From Polyangiales bacterium (GTDB lineage: Bacteria; Myxococcota_A; Polyangia; Polyangiales; Polyangiaceae), in the NCBI GenBank assembly GCA_038231275.1, contig JBBRLQ010000009.1:32001-96000 (forward strand): DNA of 64,000 nt. The letters run 5' to 3'. This document shows, piece by piece, positions 9,508 to 19,700 of this stretch (its first letter is position 1; every line of letters begins with the position of its first letter). A model generated the notes under the pieces. It saw nothing but the letters and a program-made list of their open reading frames with translations. It ran no database searches and was not told where the DNA came from. Position numbers and translations under genes: made by a program.

Positions 9508-11124
9508 TTATTTCCCGGGCAGCGTGAGCTCGACGGTCGCGGTGCCCTTGGCCTCGACCTTCAGCTTCTGCGTCACGCGACCGAAGATCTCGTGCCACGC
9601 GCCGATCTCGATCTCCCCGCCCGCCGGGACGTTCTCGAGCACGACCTCGCCCTTGTCGTTCGATACCGCGAAGTACGGGTGCGCGACGACGCCGACGAAG
9701 CCGCTCATCCACGGGTGAATGTCGCACTTCGCGGTGATCATGATCTCGGGCCGGCCGAACGTCTTGGTGAGCCGCGTGTCCTTCGTCGCCATCGCCTCGT
9801 TGAACGTCGCGTTGTCCTTCGCGATGGTGCGGACGTTGTGGAACACCGGATCGCTGTTCAAGAAGGTCACCCGCTGCCCGACCTGCGCGCCGACAACGTG
9901 CGGGCCGTACATGCACGCGCGCTGATCCACGGTCACCTCGTCGTTGGGCGGGCCGTCGCGCCACTCGCCGATGCCCTTGTCGATCCAGACGAACGCGTTC
10001 TGCACGAGCCCCGCCTTGACGAGCGCGGTGTTCGAGAGGAACGGCCCCTTTACGTCGGGCGCGCAGTTGCTCGGGATCGCCAGCTCCACCGGCGGCGGCA
10101 CCGCGCCTCCGAAGTGGACGATCGCGCGCACGGTCCCCACGCCGCCCGGCGATTTCGGCGCGAAGCTCGGGCCGCCCTTGCTCGGCGCGAACACGAGCGG
10201 CAGCGGCTTCCCTCCGCCGTCGCCGGACGACGCCGTCGACGTCAGGCCGGAGTTGGCGACGACGAGGACCGTGCCCAGGATCGCGAAGACGATCCCCGGC
10301 GAGCGATCGCCTGTGTTCTCGAAGTGCCGCGCCGCCGCGCCGACGATCATGAGGCCGCCGAGCACCGCCCACGCCCACGTGCTCCCGTACGTGGTCGGGA
10401 AGTGGTTCGAGAGCATGATGAACACGACGGGGTACGTCATGTAGTTGTTGTGACGGGAGCGCTGCTTGGCGCGCTTGCCGAGCGTCGCGTCGGGGGCGCG
10501 CCCCTCCTTCACCGCGGCGACGAGGCCGCGCTGCGCCGGGATGATGCGCATCGCGACGTTGCCCACCATCCACGTGCCCATCATCGCGCCGGTGTGGATG
10601 TACGCCGCGCGCCCGCTGAAGAAGCGCCCGAAGAACCACGCCGACCCGACCACGAACGCGAACGTGACGATGGCGCCGAAGAGCGTGCTCTTCGCGAGCG
10701 GCGAGAGCCAGAACAGATCGTAGAGGACCCACGACACCGCGATGGTGCCGAGCCCGATCGCCATGCCCACGGGCGCGGAGATGCTCGAGACGCTCGCGTC
10801 GAGGAGGAGCACGCCGCCGCCCGTGTAGTAGACGACGCCGAGGAGCACGACGCCCGTGATCCACGTGAAGTACGCCTCCCACTTGAACCAGTGGAGCGTC
10901 TTGGGCATCTCGCTCGGCGCGACGAGCTTCTTCTCGACCTGGTAGAAGCCGCCCGAGTGGACCATCCACAGCTCGCCTTCGACGCCCTTCTTCGGCGTCG
11001 CGGGTTTCTCGAGGTGGCTGTCGAGCCAGTTGAAGAAGATCGACGTTCCGATCCACATGATCCCCGCGAGGATGTGCATCCAGCGGACGATGAGGTGGAG
11101 CCATTCGCTGACGAGGGCGCCCAT
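9508..11124 (-). CDS. puuD: PuuD-family membrane urate oxidase domain fused to a C-terminal cupredoxin-like beta-sandwich domain
   Basis: N-terminal RWMHILAGIMWIGTSIFFNWLD, LWMVHSGGFY, LHWFKWEAYFTW, GRAAYIHTGAMMGTWMVGNV and RSRHNNYMTYPVVFIMLSNHFP match the PuuD/DUF989 membrane domain. The C-terminus has DQRACMYGPHV, NSDPVFHNV and KCDIHPWM. No CxxCH is present. Confidence 0.85.
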   Translation of the reverse strand: MGALVSEWLHLIVRWMHILAGIMWIGTSIFFNWLDSHLEKPATPKKGVEGELWMVHSGGFYQVEKKLVAPSEMPKTLHWFKWEAYFTWITGVVLLGVVYYTGGGVLLLDASVSSISAPVGMAIGLGTIAVSWVLYDLFWLSPLAKSTLFGAIVTFAFVVGSAWFFGRFFSGRAAYIHTGAMMGTWMVGNVAMRIIPAQRGLVAAVKEGRAPDATLGKRAKQRSRHNNYMTYPVVFIMLSNHFPTTYGSTWAWAVLGGLMIVGAAARHFENTGDRSPGIVFAILGTVLVVANSGLTSTASSGDGGGKPLPLVFAPSKGGPSFAPKSPGGVGTVRAIVHFGGAVPPPVELAIPSNCAPDVKGPFLSNTALVKAGLVQNAFVWIDKGIGEWRDGPPNDEVTVDQRACMYGPHVVGAQVGQRVTFLNSDPVFHNVRTIAKDNATFNEAMATKDTRLTKTFGRPEIMITAKCDIHPWMSGFVGVVAHPYFAVSNDKGEVVLENVPAGGEIEIGAWHEIFGRVTQKLKVEAKGTATVELTLPGK

Positions 11125-11215
11125 GTTCAGGCGGTAAAGTACTCGTTTTTCGGGGGTTTTAGCCACATTTCGCGCGGACCAAACCGCGGGCGCGACGTGC
11201 TGCTACACTGACACT

Positions 11216-11875
11216 GTGATCCGCGTCGTAGAGGTCGTCGTCGCCGTCGTGGTCACGTGTCTCGGCGCCTGCGCGTCGCACGACACCAAGCCGACCGCGC
11301 AAGGCGACAACGTCACGCCGCCCCCGTCGCCGCAGCTCCCTCAGACCGGCGACTACCCGCCAGGACCGTTCGGGTGGACCGTCGGCGACGTCTTCCCGCG
11401 CGTGCAAATGATGGGGTACGTCGGCGGGCAGAAGCCGTGGACGACCATCGACACGAAGGACTACTTCGATCCGCACGGCACGCGCGGCATCTACGGCGTC
11501 TACATCACGGTCAGCGCGCCGTGGTGCTCGGGCTGCAAGATCGAAGGGCAGGAGCTCCCCGCGCTCTGGACCGCGCAGTACAAGGCACGTGGCGCACGCA
11601 TCATCACGGCGCTCCTCCAGAACGACGCGTACGAACCGGCGTCGCAGAACACCGTCGACGCGTGGGTCGCGACCTACGCGACGCCGTACGACATCTCGGT
11701 CGGCGCCCTCTCGTCGATGCTCCCCCCCAAGACGCCCGGCAACGGCGTCGCGCTCCCCTACAACTACGCGGTCGATCCGCGGACGATGCGCATCGTCGGG
11801 ATCGACTCGGGCGACTACTTCCACGGCGACACGCTGCCGGCGCTCAACGTCGCGCTCGCCACCAACGGGAAATAG
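11216..11875 (+). CDS. Thioredoxin-fold (TlpA/redoxin-like) lipoprotein
   Basis: Lipobox LGAC, SAPWCSGC active-site-like motif, and ALPYNYAVDPRTMRI (cis-Pro region). GTG start. Confidence 0.7.
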   Translation: MIRVVEVVVAVVVTCLGACASHDTKPTAQGDNVTPPPSPQLPQTGDYPPGPFGWTVGDVFPRVQMMGYVGGQKPWTTIDTKDYFDPHGTRGIYGVYITVSAPWCSGCKIEGQELPALWTAQYKARGARIITALLQNDAYEPASQNTVDAWVATYATPYDISVGALSSMLPPKTPGNGVALPYNYAVDPRTMRIVGIDSGDYFHGDTLPALNVALATNGK

Positions 11876-11917
11876 CGAGAGCGAGCCGCGATCGTCAGGC
11901 GGTCGGGCGGTCACCGG

Positions 11918-13366
11918 TCAGCCGGGCGTGCCCTTGCGGCGGCTCTCCATGATCTTGGCGAACGATCGGCCGCGGATCTCGTCGAGCGTGAGGCCGGTGG
12001 CGAGCGCCTCTTCTTCCGTGATCGCGCCGCTGTTGATGCCGCGGAGGAAGAAGTTGAGGAGTCCTTGGCCGGTCGCAGCGTCGTCGAAGACGTCGCCGAC
12101 GAGCGTGGCCTGGGCCGCCTTCTGCACGAAATTCTTGAGGCGCTCGCTCGCCGCCGGCAGCCCCTCGAGGAAGAACGCGATGACCGTGGCGTAGCGCGTG
12201 GGGAGCTGCGCGGGGTGCAGATCCCAGCCCTGGTAGTAGCCCTGCTTGAGCGAATGCAGAACTTGCTCGGAGTGCAGGCGCCACGCCGAGTGAACGGCCG
12301 CGCGGTTCTCGACGATCTGTTGCGCGGTGAGCGCAGCGCCGTCCTTCGCGCGGTGCGGCGCGATGGGCATGATGTTCGTCGCGCCGTCGGAGAGCCACAC
12401 GCCGGTCGCGGCGAGCGTGACCTGCATGACGTGCTTCGCGAAATCGCAGGCCGGGTGCGTCATCCCTTGGTAGGCGGCGGTGATGCTGCAGCTCGCGGTG
12501 TAGTCGTACGTCCCGAAGTGCGCGGCGACGAGGCGGCCGCGGCTGGCGTCGAGCAGGTGAGAGGCAGTCGCCTCGCCGTCCGCGTCGAAGACCGACTGCG
12601 TCGTCTCGATCATGATCTCGAACTTGAGCGAGCCTTGCGGCAGCTTGAGCTGGCGCTCGAAGATGTCGAAGAGATCGGCGAGCGCGGTGACCTGCTCCGG
12701 GATGGTGACCTTGGGGAGCGTCACGACGAAGTTCTGCGGGAGGCCCTTGCCGGTGGCGATCAGCGTGGACAAGAACACGTCGACCGTGCGGAAGCTCCGC
12801 GCGCGCAGCTCCTCGGTGAACGGCTTGATGCGGATGCCGATGAACGGCGGCAGCGAATTTTGCGCGATGCCCTTCGCCACCTCTTCGGCGGCGGCGACGG
12901 CGTGACCGTCCTCTTCTGCGTCGGGGCGGTTGCCATAGCCGTCCTCGAAGTCGATGCGAAAATCCTCGACCGGCTCGTTGGCGAGCTTGGCGGTGACGCG
13001 CGAGTAGACCGCGTGAGCGAGCCACGCCGGTGCGTTGCCTGCGCGCGCGCCCGCCGGATCGTCCGTGACCTTGCGCACGAGCGCGCCGATCTCGGCAGGC
13101 GCGTCGGGCAAGCGGTCCCACCCGGGGAGATGAACGGCGCGCGCGAAGGTGACGAAGTCGGGTGCGAACTGCTCGAGCGAGCCAAGCGCCACCTTGCCGA
13201 GCTTCGCCGCCGCGTCCGACTTGAAGAGGTGCGCGCCGCCGTACACCGTGTGGACCGGCTGCCGGCGGCTGCTCTCGCCCGGGTAGCGCCGCGCGAACAT
13301 GACGTTCGCGTCCTTGAGGCGAGCGGTGAGGGCGTTGGTCGTCTCGGGGGTCAGCGTCGTCTTCAT
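11918..13366 (-). CDS. CitE / HpcH-HpaI aldolase superfamily protein (DUF6986-like)
   Basis: RQPVHTVYGGAHLF, RIDFEDGYG, TLPKV, IMIET, HFGTYDY, LSDGATN and GWDLHPAQL parallel the CitE-family motifs DLED, IET, FGxxD and GKxxIHPxQ. Confidence 0.75.
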   Translation of the reverse strand: MKTTLTPETTNALTARLKDANVMFARRYPGESSRRQPVHTVYGGAHLFKSDAAAKLGKVALGSLEQFAPDFVTFARAVHLPGWDRLPDAPAEIGALVRKVTDDPAGARAGNAPAWLAHAVYSRVTAKLANEPVEDFRIDFEDGYGNRPDAEEDGHAVAAAEEVAKGIAQNSLPPFIGIRIKPFTEELRARSFRTVDVFLSTLIATGKGLPQNFVVTLPKVTIPEQVTALADLFDIFERQLKLPQGSLKFEIMIETTQSVFDADGEATASHLLDASRGRLVAAHFGTYDYTASCSITAAYQGMTHPACDFAKHVMQVTLAATGVWLSDGATNIMPIAPHRAKDGAALTAQQIVENRAAVHSAWRLHSEQVLHSLKQGYYQGWDLHPAQLPTRYATVIAFFLEGLPAASERLKNFVQKAAQATLVGDVFDDAATGQGLLNFFLRGINSGAITEEEALATGLTLDEIRGRSFAKIMESRRKGTPG

Positions 13367-13432
13367 GTCTTGTTCCGCGTCGCACGTTAGCAGATGCAGC
13401 GGGCGCCGTGGCGCGTGTACCCTCCCCGGTCG

Positions 13433-13912
13433 ATGCCTCAGCCCCTCGTACGCTTCGGCCGATGGACGGTCCGCGCCGAGCCGGAGAAGACCCGCGCCGC
13501 GTACACCGGCCTGGTCGCGGCGTCGGAGCGCTGCGGGTGCAACATCTGCCGCAACTACCAGGCCGCGCGCGATCAGGTCTTCGGCGACGCGCCGCGCGCG
13601 CTCCTCGCCCAGCTCGGCATCGACGCCACGCGCGAGATCGAGGTCCTCCACACGCACCGAATCGCGCGCGGCCGCCACGCGTACCAGGGGTGGTTCCACC
13701 TGTTCGGCGGCCTCGAAGGGGGCAAGGACGCCTACGTCCCGCGCGGACCAGAGGCGTTCGCCGTCGAGCTCGAGGCGTGCGGCGAGTCGCTCTCGTTCGG
13801 CTTCACGACGCGCCTCGCGCTCGTGTCGAACGCGTGGGTCAACGCGCAGGTCATCCAGCTCGAGTTCGCGGCGATCGTCCCGTGGGTGCTCGAGATCGAC
13901 GAGCCCTCGTGA
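13433..13912 (+). CDS. Hypothetical protein with CxCxxC motif
   Basis: CGCNICRNY, YQGWFH and C-terminal IQLEF..IVPWVL. The stop overlaps the methyltransferase start (GTGA). An alternative start exists at 13394. Confidence 0.7.
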   Translation: MPQPLVRFGRWTVRAEPEKTRAAYTGLVAASERCGCNICRNYQAARDQVFGDAPRALLAQLGIDATREIEVLHTHRIARGRHAYQGWFHLFGGLEGGKDAYVPRGPEAFAVELEACGESLSFGFTTRLALVSNAWVNAQVIQLEFAAIVPWVLEIDEPS

Positions 13913-14790
13913 CGCGGCGCGAGATCGTCCACGCCGACAACCTCGCCGTGCTCGAACGTCTGCCCGACGCCTCGTTCGATCTCGTCTACGTCGACCCGCC
14001 GTTCAACACCGGCAAGCGCCAGCGCCGCACGACCATGACGACGGTGCGCAGCGAAGACGGCGATCGCACGGGATTCGGCGGCCGTCGCTACGCCACGACG
14101 CGCACTGGCGACTCGAGCTTCGCCGACGCGTTCGACGACTACCTAGGCTTCCTCGAGCCGCGCATGCTCCACGCGCACCGCGTGCTGAAGCCCACCGGCG
14201 CGCTGTATCTGCACCTCGACTACCGCGAGGTCCACTACTGCAAGGTCATGCTCGACGGCATCTTCGGGCGCGTGAACTTCCAGAACGAGATCATCTGGGC
14301 GTACGACTACGGCGCGCGCGCGACCAAGCGGTGGCCCGCCAAGCACGACAACATATTGTATTATGCAAAGAACGCCGCGAAGGTGTACTTCGATACGAGC
14401 GCCGTCGATCGCATCCCGTACATGGCGCCGGGGCTCGTCGGGCCCGAGAAAGCGGCGCGCGGAAAGCTCCCGACCGATACGTGGTGGCACACGATCGTCA
14501 GCCCCACCGGCAAGGAGAAGCTCGGCTATTCGACGCAGAAGCCGCTCGGCGTCGTAAGGCGCATCGTGACCGCGTCGTGCCCGAAAGGGGGGATCGTGCT
14601 CGATTTCTTCGCGGGGAGCGGGACGGCGGGCGCCGCGGCGATGGAGCGCGGGTGCGGGTTCTTGCTCGTCGACGAGAGCGCCGAGGCGATCGCCGTCATG
14701 AAGCGGCGCTTCGCGGGGCAGGGGGTGAGCTTCGTCGACGGGCCGACCGCGAAGGGGACGGAAGGGACGACGCGCGGGCGCGTACAATAG
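13909..14790 (+). CDS. Site-specific DNA methyltransferase (N6-adenine/N4-cytosine, beta class)
   Basis: Motif IV YVDPPFNTG precedes motif I VLDFFAGSGT. NEIIW, KHDNIL and YSTQKP are also present. Confidence 0.9.
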   Translation: MTRREIVHADNLAVLERLPDASFDLVYVDPPFNTGKRQRRTTMTTVRSEDGDRTGFGGRRYATTRTGDSSFADAFDDYLGFLEPRMLHAHRVLKPTGALYLHLDYREVHYCKVMLDGIFGRVNFQNEIIWAYDYGARATKRWPAKHDNILYYAKNAAKVYFDTSAVDRIPYMAPGLVGPEKAARGKLPTDTWWHTIVSPTGKEKLGYSTQKPLGVVRRIVTASCPKGGIVLDFFAGSGTAGAAAMERGCGFLLVDESAEAIAVMKRRFAGQGVSFVDGPTAKGTEGTTRGRVQ

Positions 14791-14797
14791 GGAGGAG

Positions 14798-16090
14798 ATG
14801 AATGCTCGGCAGGTGCTGCTCGCGTGCGCCCTCGCGCTGGCGAGCGGGTGCGCGTCGCGTCCTCCTTCGACGGCGGCCAAGAGAGGGCCAGGTCAGCCCG
14901 CCGACGCTCCGCAAATCGAGGCGCTCGGGATCGCGTGCGACGCCGGTGACGCGATCTCGTGCGGCCGTCTCGGCAACGCGTACCTCCGCGCCGAGTCGGT
15001 CGCGCACGACCTCGCGCGCGCCGAGAAGCTCCACCAGAAGGCGTGCGGCCTTGGTCTGGCCGCGAGCTGCACGAACTGGGGCGCGCTCGTCGCGACGCGC
15101 TCGCCCGCGCAAGCCTTCGCCATCTACGAAAAATCCTGCGCCGCCGGAGACAACACCGGCTGTTACGACGAAGGGCGCGCGCTCCTGACCGGCGAGGGCG
15201 TCGCGAAGGACCTCGTGCGTGCCGCGCGCCTGCTGCTCGGCGCGTGCGAGCGCGGGCATCCGTCGGGGTGCAGCCTGACCGGGCGCGCGTACATGCTCGG
15301 CGAAGGCTTCCCGAAGGACGAGGCGAAGGCGGCCACCTACCTCACGCGCGCCTGTGAAGGCGATCAGTCGAAGCTCTCGCAAGCGAACGGCGCGCCGCTC
15401 CCGGCGATGGCCGAGTCGTGCTCCGCCGCGGCGAAGCTCCTCGAGCCGCTCGCCAAGACCGACGCCGAGAAGCGCCGCGTCGCGACGATGCTCGAGAAGG
15501 CGTGCGACTGGGGCTACAACCGCGCGTGCAACGACGCGGGCACGGCCTACGTGGAGCTCGGCGGCGAGGCAGACAAGTCGCACGGCATGCCGATGATCGC
15601 GCGCGGCTGTGACATGGGCGATCCAACGGCGTGCGCGAACATGGGGACGTTCCGCCTCGAGAGCGATCCGTTCGGCGCCGCGCCGTTCCTCGAGAAGGCG
15701 TGCGCGGGCAAGAACGCTCAGTCGTGCTCGAACCTGGGGTTCCTCTACTCGAAGGGCTCCGGCGTGATGCTCGACATGCCGAAGGCGGTGCGCCTCTTCG
15801 AGCGCGCGTGCGAGCTCGACAACATGCTCGGCTGCCTCTTCGTCGGCGGCGCGTACTACGAAGGGCGCGGCGTGAAGGAGGATCGCACGCGCGCGCGCGG
15901 CTTCCTCGAGAAGGCGTGCGACGGCAAGGTCGGCAAGGCGTGCGCGGCGCTGGCGCGGATGTACGAGTACGCGCTCGGCGTCGACGAGGACATGACGCGC
16001 GCCCGCAGCTACCACCGCCGCGCCTGCGACGCCGGCGAGGCCGAGCAGTGCGATCGCGCCGCGCCCGCCCCGCGTCCGAAGGCGAAGTAG
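14798..16090 (+). CDS. Sel1-like (Cys-paired) repeat lipoprotein
   Basis: GGAGGAG RBS, lipobox LASGC, and about 9 repeats of the form KAC..G....C..LG..Y..G.GV..D. Confidence 0.88.
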   Translation: MNARQVLLACALALASGCASRPPSTAAKRGPGQPADAPQIEALGIACDAGDAISCGRLGNAYLRAESVAHDLARAEKLHQKACGLGLAASCTNWGALVATRSPAQAFAIYEKSCAAGDNTGCYDEGRALLTGEGVAKDLVRAARLLLGACERGHPSGCSLTGRAYMLGEGFPKDEAKAATYLTRACEGDQSKLSQANGAPLPAMAESCSAAAKLLEPLAKTDAEKRRVATMLEKACDWGYNRACNDAGTAYVELGGEADKSHGMPMIARGCDMGDPTACANMGTFRLESDPFGAAPFLEKACAGKNAQSCSNLGFLYSKGSGVMLDMPKAVRLFERACELDNMLGCLFVGGAYYEGRGVKEDRTRARGFLEKACDGKVGKACAALARMYEYALGVDEDMTRARSYHRRACDAGEAEQCDRAAPAPRPKAK

Positions 16091-16125
16091 CTCGTGCCGC
16101 CTTCTGAGCGCTATCGTCGTGGAGC

Positions 16126-16647
16126 ATGCCGACCTACCGCGAAGGCCCCACCATCCGTGTCCGTCTCGCCGACGACGGTCGTCCGCTCGGCGCCGCCGCG
16201 CAGGGGCGCATCGAGCGGCCCGTCGCCGAAGTGTGGGCCGCCATCGCCGACATCGAGCGCTACGCGCGCCACTTGCCGATGGTGCACCGCGCGACCCGTC
16301 GCGGCGATCGCGTCACGTTCGAGCTGAAGTTCCGCGTCGGTTTCTTTTCGGTCGGCTTCGAGTTCACCGCCGACGCGACCTACGAGGCCGAGAAGTGGCT
16401 CGAGCTCCGGTGGGTCTCCGGCGAGCCGAAGGACATTCGCCTCCGCTTCGAGCTCTCGCCCACCGACGAGGGTAAGGCCTGCCTCGTGGAAGGGGACGGC
16501 TCGTTCGATCTCCACTCCCTCGGGTGGCTCGTGAAGTATTTTCTCAAGCATCATCCGGAGATCCAGCACGGGATTTTCCCCGGCGTCGCGCTCGTCCTCA
16601 TCGACTCGCTACGTCGCTCCGTGGGGGAGCTGCCGCCCGCCAAATAG
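16126..16647 (+). CDS. SRPBCC / polyketide cyclase-like family protein
   Basis: IERPVAEVWAAIADIERYARHLP, typical of the SRPBCC N-terminus. GGAG RBS. Confidence 0.7.
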   Translation: MPTYREGPTIRVRLADDGRPLGAAAQGRIERPVAEVWAAIADIERYARHLPMVHRATRRGDRVTFELKFRVGFFSVGFEFTADATYEAEKWLELRWVSGEPKDIRLRFELSPTDEGKACLVEGDGSFDLHSLGWLVKYFLKHHPEIQHGIFPGVALVLIDSLRRSVGELPPAK

Positions 16648-16735
16648 ATCGAACGGGGGACATGTACGTCCGTACGTGGACCGCGCGCGGCCGGCCTTTG
16701 TGTAGGCTCGTCCCACGCTCTCCCGGAGGCTGCCC

Positions 16736-19700
16736 ATGAATCGTCCGCTCGCTCCTCTCGCGTTGGCCGCGCTCGTGATGGGGGCCGTCGCGCTCGGCGG
16801 GTGTCCGGGCCAGAAGCCTCCGGTCTCCGGCGCGTCCGGACGGGACGGCGGCAAGACGACGACGTTCAAGATGAGCAAGTCGGGCGTTGGCTTCCGCCTC
16901 AGCAACGCGGACGACGACGAGGCGGCGGACCACGCGCCGAGCGTGAAGTCGACGGCGCTCTCCGCCGACGCCACGAACAAAGTTCTCGCACGCCTCCCCC
17001 CGCTCGTGGCCTCGCCCGACGACGATCAGGACTTCGCGCTGCGCGACAAATCGATGCCCGCGCCGCGCACCGGCAAGACCGTGACGGAGACGTTTCCGCC
17101 GCCAGGTGGTAGCGGTGGGCCTCCAGTGGTTGCGCCTACCGTGGGCGCGCTGACTGTCGTGCGTCACTCGCCGGAGGGGAACGTCGATCTCGCGCCGTTC
17201 CTCTCGGTGAGCTTCTCGCAGCCGCTCGTCGCGATCACGTCGCACGCCGATCTCGTGAAGCGCACGCCGCCCGTGAAGCTTTTGCCGCAGCCGCCCGGCG
17301 AGTGGCGGTGGCTGGGGACGCAGACGGTCGTGTTCCAGCCCGAAAAGCGCTTCCCGATGGCGACGGATTTCTCCGTCGAGGTCCCCGCGGGGACCAAAGC
17401 GGCGAGCGGCGCCGCGCTGGCGACGGCGGAGCGATGGACCTTCGCGACGCCGCCGGTGAAGCTGGTGCAGCAAGCGCCGCAGAGCGGCCCCGTCGATCTC
17501 GAGCCGGTGATCTTCGCGGACTTCGATCAAGAGATCGATCCGCAAGCGGTCCTCGCCACCATCAAGCTCTCGGCGGGAAACGGGGCGCCCATCGCGACGC
17601 GCCTCGCGACCGAGTCCGAGGTCGAGTCCGACAAGCTCGTGCGACCGCTCGCGGCGAAGGCGCAGCCGAAGCGCTGGCTCGCCTTCCGCGCGCAAGACAA
17701 GCTCACGCCGGCGACGAGCTACCTCGTCAAAGTGGGACCCGGGACGCCGTCCGCCGAAGGACCGAAGAAGAGCATTGGCGAGCAGACGTTCGGCTTCCAC
17801 ACCTACGGCCCCATGCGCATCGAGCGAGCGTCCTGCGGTTGGACGGATCACTGCCCGCCGCTCATGCCGTGGACCGTCGTGATGAGCAACCCCATCGACC
17901 CGAAGAAATTCGACAAGGCGATGGTGAAGGTCTCGCCGGATCTCCAGGGCATGAAGGTGTCGATGAACGGCAGCGCGATCACGCTGCAAGGGCGCTCCAA
18001 GGGGCGCACGCACTACAAGATCACGATCGCCGGCGGCATCGGCGACACGTTCCGGCAGACGATGGGGCAAGACGCCGACACCGCGATCGACGTCGGACCG
18101 GCCGAGGCCGCGCTCTTCGCCGAAGAGGGCGAGATGAGCGTCCTCGATCCCGCAGCGACCGCGACCTTGCCCGTCTACAGCGTCAACGAGCCGCAGCTCC
18201 GCGTGCGCCTCTACACCGTGCGCCCCGAGGACTGGATCGCGTACGAAAAATTCCGCGCGAACTGGGATCAGGAAGCGAAGGAGACGACGCCGCCCGGTCG
18301 ACTCGTGCAGACGACGATCGTGTCGCCGCAAGGCGCGCCCGACGAGCTCACCGAGACGCGCATCCCGCTCAGGGTCGCGCTCAACAAGGAGGGGCTCGGA
18401 CAGGTCGTCGCCATCGTCGAGCCCACGCACGCGCCGCGTAAGGACTGGGGCCGCCAGTGGCTTCGCACGTGGGTGCAGGTCACCAAGATCGGCCTCGACG
18501 CGTTCCTCGATCATGATCAGCTCTTCGGGTGGGCGACGGCGCTCGACACCGGCGCGCCGCTCGCGGACGTCGACGTCAGCATCCTCAAAGGCGGAACCGC
18601 GAAGAGCGGCGCCGACGGCCTCGCGCGCATCGAGCTCGCGGGTGCACCGGGCGATCTCCTCTACGCCAAGCGCGGCACCGATCTCGTGATCCTCCCCGAG
18701 CGCTACGGCTCGATCGCGGGTCTTCAAGGCGTCGGCGTCGCCCCCGACTACTCGCAGTGGCTGGTCTTCGACGATCGCCACATGTACCGACCCGGCGAAG
18801 AGCCGCGCGTGAAGGGTTGGGTCCGTCGCCAGAGCCAGCAAAAGGGCGGCGATCTCAAGATGACGCCCGACATCGGCAAGAAGGTCTCGTGGACGGTCCG
18901 CGACGTGCGCGGCGCCGAGGTCACCAAAGGCAAGACCGAGCTCGACGACGCCGGCGGCTTCGACTTCACGTTCAAGGTCCCGACCAACGCCAACCTCGGC
19001 CAGGCGCAGGTCGAGCTCCGCCTCGACGAGACGATGCTCGCGAACGCGGTCCACTACCACGGGCTCTCGTTCGAAGAGTTCCGGCGTCCGGAGTTCGAGG
19101 TGACCGCGCAAACGACGAGCGGACCTCACGTCGTCGGCGATCACGCCATCGCGACGGTCTCCGCGACATACTACGCGGGCGGCGGCCTCCCCAACGCCGA
19201 CGTCAATTGGATCGTGCGCGGCAGCCCCGGCCACTTCGCGCCGCCGAATCTCCCTGGATTCGCGTTCGGTCCCCAGGCGCGTCACGCCTTCTACGGCTAC
19301 GGCCGCATGCACGGCGGAGGCGAGACCATCGCGCCGGAGACGTGGACCGCGAAGACCTCGCCGTCGGGCGCCCACCGCCTCCGCATCGACTTCGACGCGC
19401 TCGAGAAGCCGGGACCGATGTCGATCCAGCTCGACGCGTCGGTCACCGACGTGAACCGCCAGGCCTGGAGCGCCCACGCGAACCTGCTCGTGCACCCCGC
19501 CGACCTCTACGTCGGCCTCAAGGGCCCTCGCGCCTTCGTGCGCGCCGGTGAGCCGATCGCCGTCGACGTCATCGTCAGCGACTTGGACGGCAAGAAGATC
19601 AGCGGCAAGAAGGTCACCCTCAAGGCCGCACGGATCGACTGGGAGCAAGAAGGCACCGACTGGGTCGAGAAAGAGCGCGACGTCGAGACGTGCGACGTCG

